Shown here: in pieces, positions 10,689 through 23,164 of the stretch
Layout of the letters: each line of letters starts with the position of its first letter
Position numbering within the stretch: position 1 is the stretch's first letter
Origin: Sphaeroforma arctica JP610
Lineage: Eukaryota
NCBI RefSeq assembly: GCF_001186125.1
Contig: NW_014040285.1
Location: 14,032 to 52,260, forward strand
DNA length: 38,229 nucleotides
Direction: 5' to 3'
Position numbers and translations under genes: made by a program
The notes under the pieces: generated by a model
Told to the model about the DNA's origin: nothing
Seen by the model: the letters and a program-made list of their open reading frames with translations, nothing else
Database searches by the model: none

Positions 10689-12619
10689 GAAAGGAGGGGA
10701 GAGGGAGGGGGACTTCTAATAAGATATCCACCTCCCCCCTTCCCCCTAATATCGCCCTCATATCTAGAGGATCATCATTAATATGATACATAGTCCTATA
10801 CTAGATACCATGTATATCAGGAGGCAGTCGAATCTAATTGTAGCTATAGGTGTATGAGTAGTGAGAAGTAAGGCTGGGTGGGAGTATGTGGATAGACAGT
10901 ATAGGGTATAAGAGGTCATATGAGGTGAGTGTATACGAATTTTATATAGATATATATATATATATCACTATGCCATAGAGAGTGGAATATACATCATTTT
11001 TTAGATAGATGAGAGCGCCATAGGGGAGTGAGTATACCTATATCTTTATCCCTATCCAGATACATATACATAGTCGGACAAGGGAAAAGGTTCGTGTTCA
11101 TAGTGGAAATTATGTCTAGGAGGGGTATGACAGTGAGTGTAGGGAAATATCTACGATAGCTATATGACTAAGGGGGTAGTAGGGAGAGAGTGATGTATAG
11201 AGATAGAGAGTTTTCTCTATATGTGTAGGCGTAAGTGCATGGCTATTGACATATATACTAGTAGGGGATATAAGCATAGCTAGCAAAACACTACTAGGGA
11301 TCGGTTTTATATATATGTTTTTCTAGCCCCTGTAGGGTCGATAGATGTACTATGTCGGGATGGGTATAGATGAAAGGTAGCCAGGGCTATATAGAGAGAA
11401 TACATATAGAGATATCTCTATATGTATATATATACATATATACTAGTAGCCAGCTACATCTATAGAAGGGCTCTGCCCTTCATCTCTCGAGAGGAATCCC
11501 GTATTTCCCATCTCGAGTGTAGGAGAAGGTAAAGCACTCGAGTGGGGCAGTGTTATAAGAATTATTTTGCTACTACACCAAAGTAAGTTTTACTAAGGCC
11601 AGCTGATGTACCGCTATCATCAATCTTCACGTCTGCTTGCTTGCATATCTCGAGTCCTGTTTGCTCGTAAGCGTTTCCAGGGAGAAAGCTTGTGGTTACA
11701 ACTAGATAGATGATTGGTTTAACCTACAGTAATAACAAGACTCTCACATCGGGCATAAATCTACACCTACATCTAAAAACACGGGCACAGCTATCGTCTC
11801 TTACTATGGAAATTACCTGATCATATATAAATAATGTGATATCAACCCAAATAAGGGGGTAGTGCAGGAAGGCTAATGATAAAACAGGGTAAAAAAAACA
11901 CTATTAAAAATTCCATTAACGGACTTCATCTGTTAAAAGTGTAATCACAAATCATCTCTAAATAGAAATACAAAACTACAGCGTGGGGTAAGGTGTCCCT
12001 AAATGAACTGGGTGCACCACACCGTATATCCGAGCTATAGATATGAAAAGCATAATACAATATAAACATTCAGGGAAACAATAGTATGGAAGGTCTTCAC
12101 GAAGATTGATTATGTTCCGAGTCTATTAATTCATAAAAATAAAAAGAGAGATATGGATAAACTACAAGTATGGTAGTAGGTCTCGTACCCGTAGGGATAA
12201 CCAAATAGACCTTCATACTCTCAGAATAATACTCAGGAGGCAGGAGACAAGTGGAAGAGGATATCTCATACCCCTCCGGATACCCCGATAGTCTTATACT
12301 ATATCCAGGAAAATATTCTGGTTCGGTAAAAATGATGCACGCGCCTAATCAGAAAAAAATCGACGACACCTTATTTTGGTGCTGTGCCATCTCAGAGGAA
12401 CCCCGGCAAATTATAAAATATCCCGATAACCCCGGACATGACAAACCATATATGTAAAGCCTAGCCCTGAAATAGCCGGCTCGTTGTCAATTCAGCGAGT
12501 CGTTGATTCAACACTATGTTATTTAATATGTGACTCACAATTTATGTACAAGCCACCCTGATCTACTCCCAGTTCTTTATAGTACACGGTTCGATATATT
12601 ATTTGTTTTCATCATAACA

Positions 12620-13200
12620 ACTGTAAGTCCCCCCCCCTTGTTAGCACTGTTGGCTCTCCTAACAGACATGCATTGAAACGGTGACCGGCGGCCGTAATTG
12701 GTGGAGACTGAAGCTTGAAAGCACTTTGTGCAACGCCTCGTCGGAATGAGTGACATGTGACCTGAGCCGCAACTCCTGTGCGGACGACGAGCTGATGTGC
12801 GTTAAATATGGCCTTGCCCAAGAAGATGTCAAACTAAGAACTCGAAAGTCTCCGGGTCGAAATAAGTCTACTTTGGATCGGTTGCCCGACTTTTTCAAGG
12901 TCGATGAGAATGGTGTCCGATTCGGGTACAAAGACGAACAAGGCTGCTGCGAAGGTGCGCGAGGTGTGACGACGAACCGCACAAAGTCAGAAGAAGACGA
13001 TGAGTGTTCTCCACACCGCCCACATGCCAGATGCTCGCAAAAGCAATACAATCCAATCTGCACGATATATTGGCTGGCGTGCATGGTGCTTTTAACAGAG
13101 ACTATATATTCCTGGATGGTCTGGCGCCAGTCGGCTTCGGCTAGTACAGGAGTCCTTTAACTCGTGCAGAACTATTAATTGCTGCTCGAAATTGACAAAT
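12620..13200 (-). mobile_element. Tyrosine recombinase relic (DIRS/Ngaro or Crypton type)
   Basis: TCHSFRRGVAQ (HxxR box, 12752-12735), RSKVDL (SKtD motif) and IGLYCF..(R).GE are spread over frameshifted frames. Confidence 0.65.
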
Positions 13201-13559
13201 CTTCTTCGGGTGTCATCCTTTAAAATATAAATAGACCAGAAATTGAAGTATCTGGTATCTGTTTGGTATCACAACTATATATATACTTTCTCACGTATCG
13301 TCGCTAGTGCTGCAGCGCAATATTACAGTTACTTTGCGTGCCTTGTGCCATTTTCCCATTGACTATTTGGCACATTACCGTATCAACACATAAGTATGCA
13401 CTGGATTGCTGTGGCGCGAATCGTACAGACCCACGAGGCGCGAAGAGGGAGGACACGCGCCGGGGGGGGAGGGGTTGTGCCCGAGTGCTCGAGCGATCGA
13501 TTATGAACAGTGGACGGCCAAGGTCGAGAATCGTGAGGTTGTGTTCATGGCGTATAACG

Positions 13560-14050
13560 TGAGGCCATCAGATGGCGTTCTTCCATGATCGGGATCATAC
13601 GTTGTAGTCGCTATTTTCATTATAGAGCATGGTCTCCAGCGAATTGTAGTAATGAGCGAGTCGCACTTGTGCATGGTGCCCTTTGTTGAGGTAGCAGAAT
13701 TTGGGTTACGGTCGGTTCTCGAGGTATGGTGTGATGCGCCATTGGTTGACTATTCTGAGAACGACGTCTGATGTTACGGCACCGTGGTGCTGAATTAGGG
13801 ATATCTGTCTCGATAGCATGTCCGCTGCCAAGTTGAGCTTGCCTGACACTGACCTCTGAGTCTGGTTTTTGTGAAATTACTAGACGAGTTTACTGAGCTG
13901 GTCGTTCATGAGCTGAGATTGGCTGAGTCTCGTGCAAAGGGTGTGAAGTGCCGTCGTAGAGCCCGTGAGTCACATGATGGGTGTCGACCCCTTATTGTGG
14001 TGTTGGTGAAAGAACTCGAATGCCAGTATCGGGGGGTGACCAGTGGTTGG
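13560..14050 (-). mobile_element. Ty3/gypsy pol relic A (end of RNase H plus integrase Zn finger)
   Basis: SGKLNLAADMLSR (13847-13808) is the GxxNxxADxLSR RNase H motif. It is followed by HHGAVT...W...FCYLNK (HHCC remnant) and preceded by ILAFEFFHQH. Confidence 0.7.
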
Positions 14051-14199
14051 TGAATATGCTGGGTTGTTGGTTCCAATTTGAGGTGGTGTCAAATCCCGTC
14101 TTGAAGACATCGTATCACCCCAGACTTCCATATCAAACACCGAACGCTTCAAACCCAGTAACCCATCCCGTAAAATCATATCTTCCGGTCGTCCAATGG

Positions 14200-17100
14200 G
14201 TCTTGTTCGATATTGAGACGTTCCTCCTTTGTGAGTAAAGCGGTTGTATCAGCAGGTCGCTGTCTATCTCGTCGGTCAATGTCCATCTCTTCAGACACAG
14301 GATACATATCCACAATAGCAACCGACTTTTTCTCACGCCTTGCACGAAAATTGGACTTCGCACTCTGACTATAAGTGTATATAGTACCGATCGACTCCAA
14401 ACTCGTGCTAGCTTCGACTGACCTCACTCAAGTTTCTGCCATCACTCCTAGCGATCTTTCAATAGGGTCAACAGATGCCACTCCAAACAATGCCTCTACA
14501 TACTTCAGGGACTCGATCAAATGCTGATTGGTTAAATTTATCGCGGTCACTGCACTAACAGAGGTGGTTTTATACCTGCTTCTTCTGCAGGCATATCCCA
14601 ACGCACCGGATGTTCCACTCAGATGAGTCACTGACCCTATGGCAACACTTTGAGTCATATAGGACACCACGTCCTCGTCACGAAGGACTGCCCTTTTCCA
14701 AGCAGGCCGTATCGCCTTCAGTCCGAAAGTCCTTACGAAGATTATGACCCGTATAAGGACTCATACGACACACCAACGTAATAAACCCTGGTGCATCCAT
14801 CGGCTCTTTCTCATGCTCGATGAAAATTCCCGGACGCGGGTAAATTACCATCCGATCTGCCGATTAAACCGGTATCATCTCAAACCATCGTACCTTATAA
14901 GCATAAGAGCAGCCCATTATAATCATCGCTAAATCCAGCAGAATTCTGGTCACCACCTTGCCCCGGTCCGACCACTTTGGATTGAAGTACCAAAGGTGGG
15001 CCGCCCATGTCCTTAACGCTCCCCAGCCAGCGTTGCCTGACTAAATGGCTTTATACGAAAATTTGTTCCAATCTTATCAAATACAGCCTTATTGACCGAA
15101 TGAGACTCCGTCTCCGGTTTCACACCCAGCGGTTCACTCTGGCGTAGGTCGGATCAGTATGATAGGCAGGCCGAGATTATATGTCTGCCACTGGGTAAAG
15201 TTCTTCCGGTACATGTTTCAGCAAGATATCAAAGCCGCATAGCGCCTGTGCATACCTTACCATACGCCGACTCTGACCGTGGACGTAGCTTCCTGCATCA
15301 GCATCCTATCCAAAAGTTCGTAATCCGTAAACAAGACACGGATGGCCAGACCTCTTGATTGTCGTCCAAAACTTGTAGAGGCAGTGTATGATTGCAAGCA
15401 TCTTCTTATACATGATGATCAGCTCCACTGAGCTGAACACGGACATTTGAAATCCCACAGGCTTCGCACTACAGCTAGCTCGCCGTCAAAGCCTATCTCT
15501 ACCAAAATTCATCTCTTAGCGGCCTCTGCCCCTTCTTACGAAGATCAAATCGGGGCATGATCTGGGAGTAGCTCAGGATACACTGGCTCCAGTACTCAAA
15601 CGTATGGTACCAAGAGGCTAAAAGGTCCGTATCCGTAGGTGACGGCATACGAATAATAAACTCCATACAATCCTTACTAATGTATGAGCCATTCTCGTAC
15701 ACCACGTGCCCCAGCGCAACTATCGGTCGGTCGAAGATACCAAAGCAACACTTCTTGAGGTTCAACTTCTCCTTATGTTTGACACACGCAGCTATGAGCG
15801 TCTTAATGCTATTCAAGCGCTCCCTAGCACTGCTATGGTTCACAACTCTATCGTTAATATATGTCTAGGCTCTGAAAAGCGCGCTTCTCGCCTGTATACT
15901 CCACGACACAATTTTGCGCCTGGGCATTCAAACGTCAACGTTTCAGCCACTTTCTGCTGGCAGAAATACTGCCCCAGGCCGGCCATAGTGTGATACTTCC
16001 TGCCTCGCACCGCTGATAAGAAATTTGCACAATCGGCACCGGGTACACCTCACACTCCAACGCAACCTTAAATTTCTTACAACTCATACAACAGCGCCAA
16101 TCATGGGCTGACAAGGAAACCACATCTAGATTCTTGAAAACCATGTGCGTCATGGCACAATACCCTCTGGCCTAAACCTCTGCTATCATGCGTGTGACAC
16201 CGACATCGCCCTAGCTTTCAACATTCGTGACTAACACCGACGTAAACTGACTACCATCCTTCAAACACTGGAAACTAAAACCCTAAAACCCTAAATCGCT
16301 CCATGTTCTCGCCTGCATACTCCACGACACAATTTTGCGCCTGGGCATTCAAACGTCAACATGTGCTGAGACGTTTCAGCCACTTTCTGCTGGCAGAAAT
16401 ACTGCCCCAGGCCGGCCATAGTGTGATACTTCCTGCCTCGCACCGCTGATAAGAAATTTGCACAATCGGCACCGGGTACACCTCACACTCCAACGCAACC
16501 TTAAATTTCTTACAACTCATACAACAGCACCAATCATGGGCTGACAAGGGAACCACATCTAGATTCTTGAAAACCATGTGCGTCATGGCACAATACCCTC
16601 TGGCCTAAACCTCTGCTATCATGCGTGTGACACCGACATAGCCCTAGCTTTCAACATTCGTGACTAACACCGACGTAAACTGACTACCACCCTTCAAACA
16701 AAATTTTACTTCATTTTCTGAAACTGATGTCAGCATACTTCATAAACATGAAAGTGGTCGCTTTGTATGCGACCTATTAACAACCGGCTCATCCAACTCT
16801 TTCTTCCTGCACACCATACTTCTTATGCAGCTTACGAAGATGCGACTGATCAAAGTATGAATACGCTCTCGGGTCTATAACATTCGCCTGATATATGGTG
16901 GTCGCCTCATATCAAACAGCCTTGGTACGACGTACTCGTCTGCATCGTCAAAATCTACTGCATTTACTGAGTAGCCTGCACAGACGCCACATAGTTGAGC
17001 CTCTCTTATTTCTTGATGTCCGTACAGTATTTAACCGTAAGTCCTGCGGAATCACCTCCGAGACCTTGCGTCGATTAGAATGCATACCCCTCAGTTATGC

Positions 17101-17250
17101 TCTCGCCCGAATTCTCCACGGGTAAGATAGTTTTTGTTGCTCATACTCCAGAGCTTCTGGCGTCAAAATAACGATTACATCCGTCTGTCGGATCATTGCC
17201 GGAAAGTCACGTCTTGTTAACATGAGAGCCCACATGGTCTGGGATCCTAA
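14200..17250 (-). mobile_element. Ty3/gypsy LTR-retrotransposon relic B (gag?-PR-partial RT-RNase H-IN); LTRs not found
   Basis: RT: YINDRVV (YxDD remnant, ~15861-15841), KLNLKKC.F, LGHVV, MPSP. RNase H: PVGF.MS...KKMLAIIHCLYKF. Integrase core remnants at 14430-14930. Protease-like DVV.LSAHDW within the duplicated block. The domain order is gypsy-like; many stops and frameshifts. Confidence 0.8.
15885..16700. repeat. Near-identical tandem duplication (15885-16267 and 16306-16700) with a 38-bp filler
   Basis: The copies differ by a few substitutions and a 12-bp indel, and both give the ORF MTHMVFKNLDVV... Confidence 0.95.
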
Positions 17251-17699
17251 CTGCACGTTGTAGAAATACTGCCTCCGGTCAGTCTAAAATATCAAGATCA
17301 AATGATATAACATATTGGTTTTTATTTGTATTTAAAATAATTGAATAGAAGTTCTTTTTCCAATATTTCCAAAGTGTTCTAAATTCACTTTGATGGCTCC
17401 AATAGCCTGAGTATTTGGTATGACTCATTTACTTATGGAACTTTATTTATATTAGCTATTGTATTAACGTGACTTACGTTCTTATGTCTATTTAAAAATT
17501 AGGCATGTGGTCATGAACACTTAGTACTTCTAGTGAAAATTGTTCAATAAAGAACAGCTAGAGGTACGTCCTGTGTGATCGAGGATATTAAGGCTCTTAC
17601 CAAGAGACAGTCCTGATCATTCTTACACAAGCTACCACTGCTAAATCCCGACTGACTTAAATTGTATCTTAGTTTATTTAACATGGTTTAAAGCATAGA

Positions 17700-19100
17700 A
17701 AGTTCCATCGAAGTTTACATCGTCCGTATCAAACAGAGACAGGCCCATGAGCAAAAGTACCCTAGACGGGCGTACAAACCCCCTCTCGGCAACGTCCTTT
17801 TACAGCAGTCTTTACACCTTGCTGCTGAGCAAAGAAAACTTGTTGACCAGTTCCGGAGCCTGCATAGATCTCAATGTCTTCGTAGCCTACAGTGCCCTGA
17901 GTAACACTTCTAGCTTATGCAGTGAGTCACTTGGGCTTGTTAGGGCATTCGCTGTTGAAGTGACCATGCTGGTCACAGTTATGACAACGTATCAGCCTGT
18001 GATACACTACTATAGCTTCTCGGATTTCATTATTGTCCGAGAACTTCACGCCATGCTCCTCCGAGTCTTCACGTGTACGCTTATCTGCTTTCCCTATTAG
18101 CTGCCCATTGTTCCTACGTTCGCAGTAGGAATCTGATGCGGATTCATTTGCTTAATTAGCGCCCAAAAGTCCTCTTACTGTCTCTCCAGCCGAGTACGTA
18201 GATCATTTATGGTAGCAAGCGCGCCACCGGTCTCGTAGCGAATCCCTACTGGATTTGGAGGTAGCGCTGCTTCCTGCACTTCCGGTGGAGCCACTTCTAT
18301 GTTTGCATTCCGAATACCTCGGTGAGCCCCTTCAACCGATAGACATGACAAACTATACCTCATAGTACCTTTTCCTTTACAAACAAACGGGCCATGGACA
18401 GGTTCATAATATCATGGATCGACATCATCGTCGCCGTAGCCGCCTTCCCAAACAGCGGCTCCATCTACATCAAGCCCAAGAAACAGGAAGCGTACTGGCT
18501 CTGAAAACATTCCAACCCAAGATTGGCGATAATACCTGCCCTAGTGGACAATCGTGCCGCCACATTCAGATGGCTCCTCATCTTATCAATGACTTCCTGA
18601 ACAGGTTCAAATGCCACCTGTCTCTGACGTGTAGCCAAGCCCGTCATGACCAGGTGCCTTTTGAAAGCCTCCAACTTGACCATTACACGGACCGCCACCT
18701 GACGTTCATCCTGTCCATCCTCAGCTTCCGCTTCCAACCCGAACACATCGACAGTGTGCCGTAAAGCACCTCCTGCAGCGATACGATAAGACAGCCCACA
18801 TCGCATAGGTTTGCAGATTCTGCAGCAAACCAACCACTAGCCATGCCCCATCTCCGTACTCCTCAGCCAAGCGATCAGCCGTCAACAGCATAGCTTCATG
18901 CGGCTCTTCAAGTAGCATTTGCAACGTAGGTTATGCCTTGCTAAGACCAAGGAACCGATTATCCTCACATCCGCTAATGCAACTCCCAGAACAGCTCTGA
19001 TGCTGGCCTGGTCCGCCGTAGTGAATCCATGTCGCAAGTAATCTTCAGCCTGGTGCCTCTGCTTGACGTCCGTTGCAATTTTATACTGCCATGATTGTAC
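17700..19100 (-). pseudogene. Decayed intronless GC-richer ORF, possibly gag-like; unidentified
   Basis: Successive protein-like minus-strand fragments (18924-18721, 18833-18465, 18363-18175) broken by frameshifts, with no diagnostic motif. Confidence 0.3.
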
Positions 19101-19417
19101 GCTCGTCGTTCCCTGATCTTCTGACCATTATACTTCGTCCATGTGTGATGGTCGTCATCTTCCTCTCCTCGGAATATTTATATTTCTTCATTCGTCATCG
19201 TGTATGAAAAAATAGCGTCTAGCTATTGGTTAATAGCTACCTAGTTTACTTGTGAGTGAGTTATACGCTTAATTAGACTACTCGATAGTAGCCTCTATTC
19301 ACTATGTCATTAAACTAGTGCTGTAGCGTGTAAAGTTCCCTTGCCACACTCCCACTAGTTATCTAAATTATGTCTCCAAGTGATCCATCTGATCACTTGG
19401 TTTCTCCCCAAGTGATC

Positions 19418-19513
19418 NNNNNNNNNNNNNNNNNNNNNNNNNNNNNNNNNNNNNNNNNNNNNNNNNNNNNNNNNNNNNNNNNNNNNNNNNNNNNNNNNNN
19501 NNNNNNNNNNNNN
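19418..19513. other. Assembly gap
   Basis: Run of N; end coordinate approximate. Confidence 0.98.
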
Positions 19514-19642
19514 NTATATATACATATATAAATATCATAAAAGTGAGCTAGCGACCTACTTACGGCATACCAATCAAGATAACCATCTACATCTAAACAG
19601 CTACATAAACAATAGTATTTTAAAAATTCATTGGAAAAAATT

Positions 19643-19729
19643 TCGTAGATGGGAGAATCGAACTCCCATTTTTGCTGATTCGTTTTACCGTCACCACAAA
19701 GCAATGTTCTGCCATTGAACTAATCCATT
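19643..19729 (-). tRNA. tRNA-His (GTG) with 16-nt canonical intron (19678-19693); A1:G72 and A2:C71 mismatches
   Basis: AATGGAT-TA-GTTC AATGGCA GAAC-A-TTGCT TT GTG G[tgacggtaaaacgaat]C AGCAA-AAAT-GGGAG TTCGATT CTCCC-ATCTACG-A, followed by T6. The intron is at 37/38 and restores the UUGUGGC loop. Confidence 0.85.
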
Positions 19730-20049
19730 ACAAGTTGAGTTTATGTTGTAATTGTTAAATTTATAAAAGTGAAATAACGAAATCTCGCTGCCATTTTTTC
19801 ATTTCTGGCTTCAATTTCGTCGGAGAGGTTTTGGGAAAATTGAAGGAAAGTTAAGATTGTCGAACTGCCGCGAGAAGCTTGAGGCGAGTGATGTAACGAT
19901 GGAAGACATACGGTATGTTAGTTCACGTCGATTGATACAGAATACCTCTACCATTGGGTGAGAACTAAAACCTGCCTGCCATTGCGTGTAATAATGCTGG
20001 CCCACACTCGTAGTGGTAATCTGGGCTGAGTCAGTCTAAGGTATTTGGA

Positions 20050-22930
20050 GCGTGATACCAAGAAGGGTGAGGTTGTCGTCCGCAATTATGTTTCGAAGCG
20101 AAGTTGGAGGCTGCCCGATACCGCACTAGGGCCCACCAGAATACGCCTTATTAGGAAACTGATACAAGCAAAGTGGCTGGACGTAAAAGTCTTATCTCCG
20201 GGGCACACAGGACAGAGGCATCCACCAGTGCAATAGTCAAGCAATTTGAACATGAACGTGTTGGTTGTTATCATGGCACAAAGATGGATTGGGGTGTGTT
20301 CACGGCAATGGGTAAACTATCATGGGAGGGCATGCCCCGGTCCGTGATGGGAAGTTATCCTCTTATAAGTCGATTGAAGTATTGGCGGCGAGCGTTGCCT
20401 GCTCTCTCCTTAGTTGCGAGACGTTGAGCGGTATCATATCGGACCTGCTCGTGGAGTTTACGAAGTTCTTGTGTTGAGGTGTGCGCCCGCCCTTTGATTC
20501 GAGATTTTTGTTTGGAGGTCTGTTACGTGTCCAAGCGGATCTCACGTAAGTGGGGCGAGTTGGCTTGTACTGTTTATCTAGGTAGTCCCAGGCAGCCACC
20601 AAGGTACTCCGCAAATTGGCGTGCTGGAAGTAAACAGCAGAAGCTGAGAAGCCGTATGCGCTGGTACGGGAGTTTTGGAAATATAGTGCCTATTATGATG
20701 GCTACTGCTTGAATAAGTGTTGAGTTGTATCGCTCGTACAGCGGCTTTAAAGCGGCATGCCAAATTGGGGGAGCCCATGCAATGATGTTTAGACTGTCAT
20801 AGGTGGCCGTTGAAAAAATAAATATCTTGAATATTTCCAACCGATTCTGCGGATGGCACTAGCTGAATCCATGAAATTCATACGCCCGAAAGGACACTAT
20901 AGCCCGGAATAAACGGAGTAAAGGTGTCACGAGGTTGTCCATGTGTTTTACAAAGTCAATAATCGGTATGCCCTGGGACAGTTGAAATTCTAAGTGTTCG
21001 GAAGGCTGCGGGTAGATGTCAGAGAATTCCGCCGCCATGGGCATGGGAGGGATACATGATGAGATATCCTTTGATAAGGAGAGGCGGTATCGTATGCAAC
21101 ATACTCAACAATCTGTTTGGGGGCATAAGAATCCCTTGTTTTTGACCGGACTGACGACCCCAATCATCGATCGCGTTCAGGAAGGGTTGCAACCGAACAG
21201 ACTGCAGAGCCTGGATGCGCGTGTTATATCCAAAGAAGTAGGAGCGAAGGAATTTCGGCCGAAATTGCGCAAGCGTAATAGCTAGGGAGTCCAAATAAAT
21301 TATATACAGCTATGGACCGACATTCGAACCTTGGAGTATGCCATTCATTCTATAGAATAGAGGTGAAAGTTTCCCACAATGCGTCACCCGTGTGGGGACA
21401 TTCTCGAACAATGTACGGAGACAATTGATACAGGTTTCTGGCATTTCAACGTGGCGCAACAGTCTCCACACGCGCAGGAGGACCACTTTATCGGATGGTT
21501 TGGTATTGTCAAGGCACGCATTATTCCAGGCATCTTCGGATTGTGTCTCATATTCCATCACGGATAAGGCATGAGTATGAAAAGAGTAGCGTGATTTAAA
21601 TCCAGCTTGAGTTGCATGGGTGGCTGATCCGGGGTGATTTGTTGTCAGCTGTGGGAAGCACTTTTCAAAAATGCGTTGAACAATCTGCGTTGAGGTTATC
21701 GGTCGAAAATCGGCAGGGGATGCAAAATCCGTGTCTTCTTTCTTCGGATGGGCTACCAAGAGAGTACAGTTAAGACCGTTAGCAAATGTACTAGCCATTA
21801 AGAAGGCAGAGAAAGCCTCAGCCAAGATGCTAAAAAGTGGGTTGTCAGGATCAAGGCGTCCCATAGTCGGGGGATTCAGTTGATCGTTCTACTGCGGTCT
21901 TAAGGAAAAAGAGATGGATATCATCTGAACCAGGGCCCTTGTTTAGATAGCGCAGTATTGCCTCCAACACCATCTCTGAGTAAATAACTGCATTAGATGG
22001 AGGGTTTGGTGCTGTGTTCGGTGGGATGACATCTGGGTTAGTTGAGTTGAAGAGATCTTGGTAGCGATCCGTTTAGTGCAGCACCCGAATTCTGAACACC
22101 TGGTATATAAGGCTGACGCGGTGATCGACGTTGATGTGCAATATCCTTGTACATCTAAATGTCGTGCTGGGCATCAAATCGCAGGCGGAACGTATATTCG
22201 GCAGTTGTTGTACCCACGGTTTGACAGGGTTCGCTGCGTAATGCCAAATCCGATCTGGTATACGCTCCAATCCGTTTATCGGTCCATGCATTGTCAGGTA
22301 TGACCGTAACAGATGCTGATGCTATCGGATCTCTGCTTGAAACAACAGGGTGCGGGTCTTGTCGTGTAAATGATGCAGTCGGTGGCGATACCGGTTGTAG
22401 CCGTGGGATAAAAGACTCCAGTGCTGGGGTGGTGATTGAGACGGAGGCACTCGCCGAAGACGGATTATTGGTTCATTTGGGACCACCTGAAGATCGAAAC
22501 CAAATTTGTGGTCCTCGTAGGTACCGTAATCAGAAAGAAGGTATGTTTAAAGAGAGGCTGGGGGTTTTGGCCAGTGGTACGCGTGCTCTGTACCGGTAGA
22601 TCCACCCGTATGGAGGTATTGTAGGCGCCAGGCAACGAGAGTAGTGACCTCTACCGTCTTTTTTGCGAGGTCCATTGATCGTGACTGTGTGACCATACTG
22701 TCTAGCTTTGAAATTGAAATCACCCCGAACGACATATGGTTGGATGTTGCCAATATCAGAGGGATTCATGTAGTGTTCGACTTCTGCCTCCGTTCAGGAG
22801 TTGAGTGGGAGGTAGAATACAGCCATTTGGATACCTTAGCAGGAGAAGAAAACCGCACATGGTGATGAATGGATGAGGTGGAACTTTGATGGGTGATGCT
22901 TGGAAAATATTACAATACCCCAGTGTCATA
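20050..22930 (-). pseudogene. LINE ORF2 (apurinic endonuclease, reverse transcriptase and Zn knuckle), disrupted
   Basis: ORF fragments 22769-22530, 21864-21310, 21294-21019, 20840-20574 and 20274-20086 carry the motifs in the expected order. Confidence 0.9.
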
Positions 22931-22939
22931 CAAGAGTCG

Positions 22940-23164
22940 GGAAATCTCTGATGGGGCAGTTGGGTTGCGTGCGAAGTCCTGAGTTGTGGGGTTGTTACGC
23001 TTTGATTGAAGTATCCTCTCGACAAGTACTGTATTGTTGATTTCCATGTCGACATCTGCATCACGTGCTTCTAGTTAATCTGCGGGAAACCGCTGATGGG
23101 GCAGCTAGGTTGCGTGCGGAGCCTGGGTTGTGGGGTTGCCACGATTTTATTGAAATGCCCTCTC
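22940..23164. repeat. Diverged ~80-bp direct repeat at the LINE ORF1/ORF2 junction (22940-23020, 23084-23164)
   Basis: gggaaa..ctgatggggcag.t.ggttgcgtgcg.ag.cctg.gttgtggggttg..acg..tt.attgaa.t..cctctc occurs twice, 144 bp apart. Confidence 0.85.

Larger units (their letters stand above)
9330..12460. other. Compositionally distinct organelle/plasmid-like island (possible NUMT); boundaries approximate
   Basis: AT- and TA-rich, with G/C-run clusters, many palindromes and hairpins and local duplications. No splice signals or recognisable host gene; unlike the flanking DNA. Confidence 0.35.

Noticed and set aside
19325..19360. Helitron 3' end (hairpin plus CTAG/T)
   Set aside because: The hairpin is weak and no Rep/helicase remnant is present.
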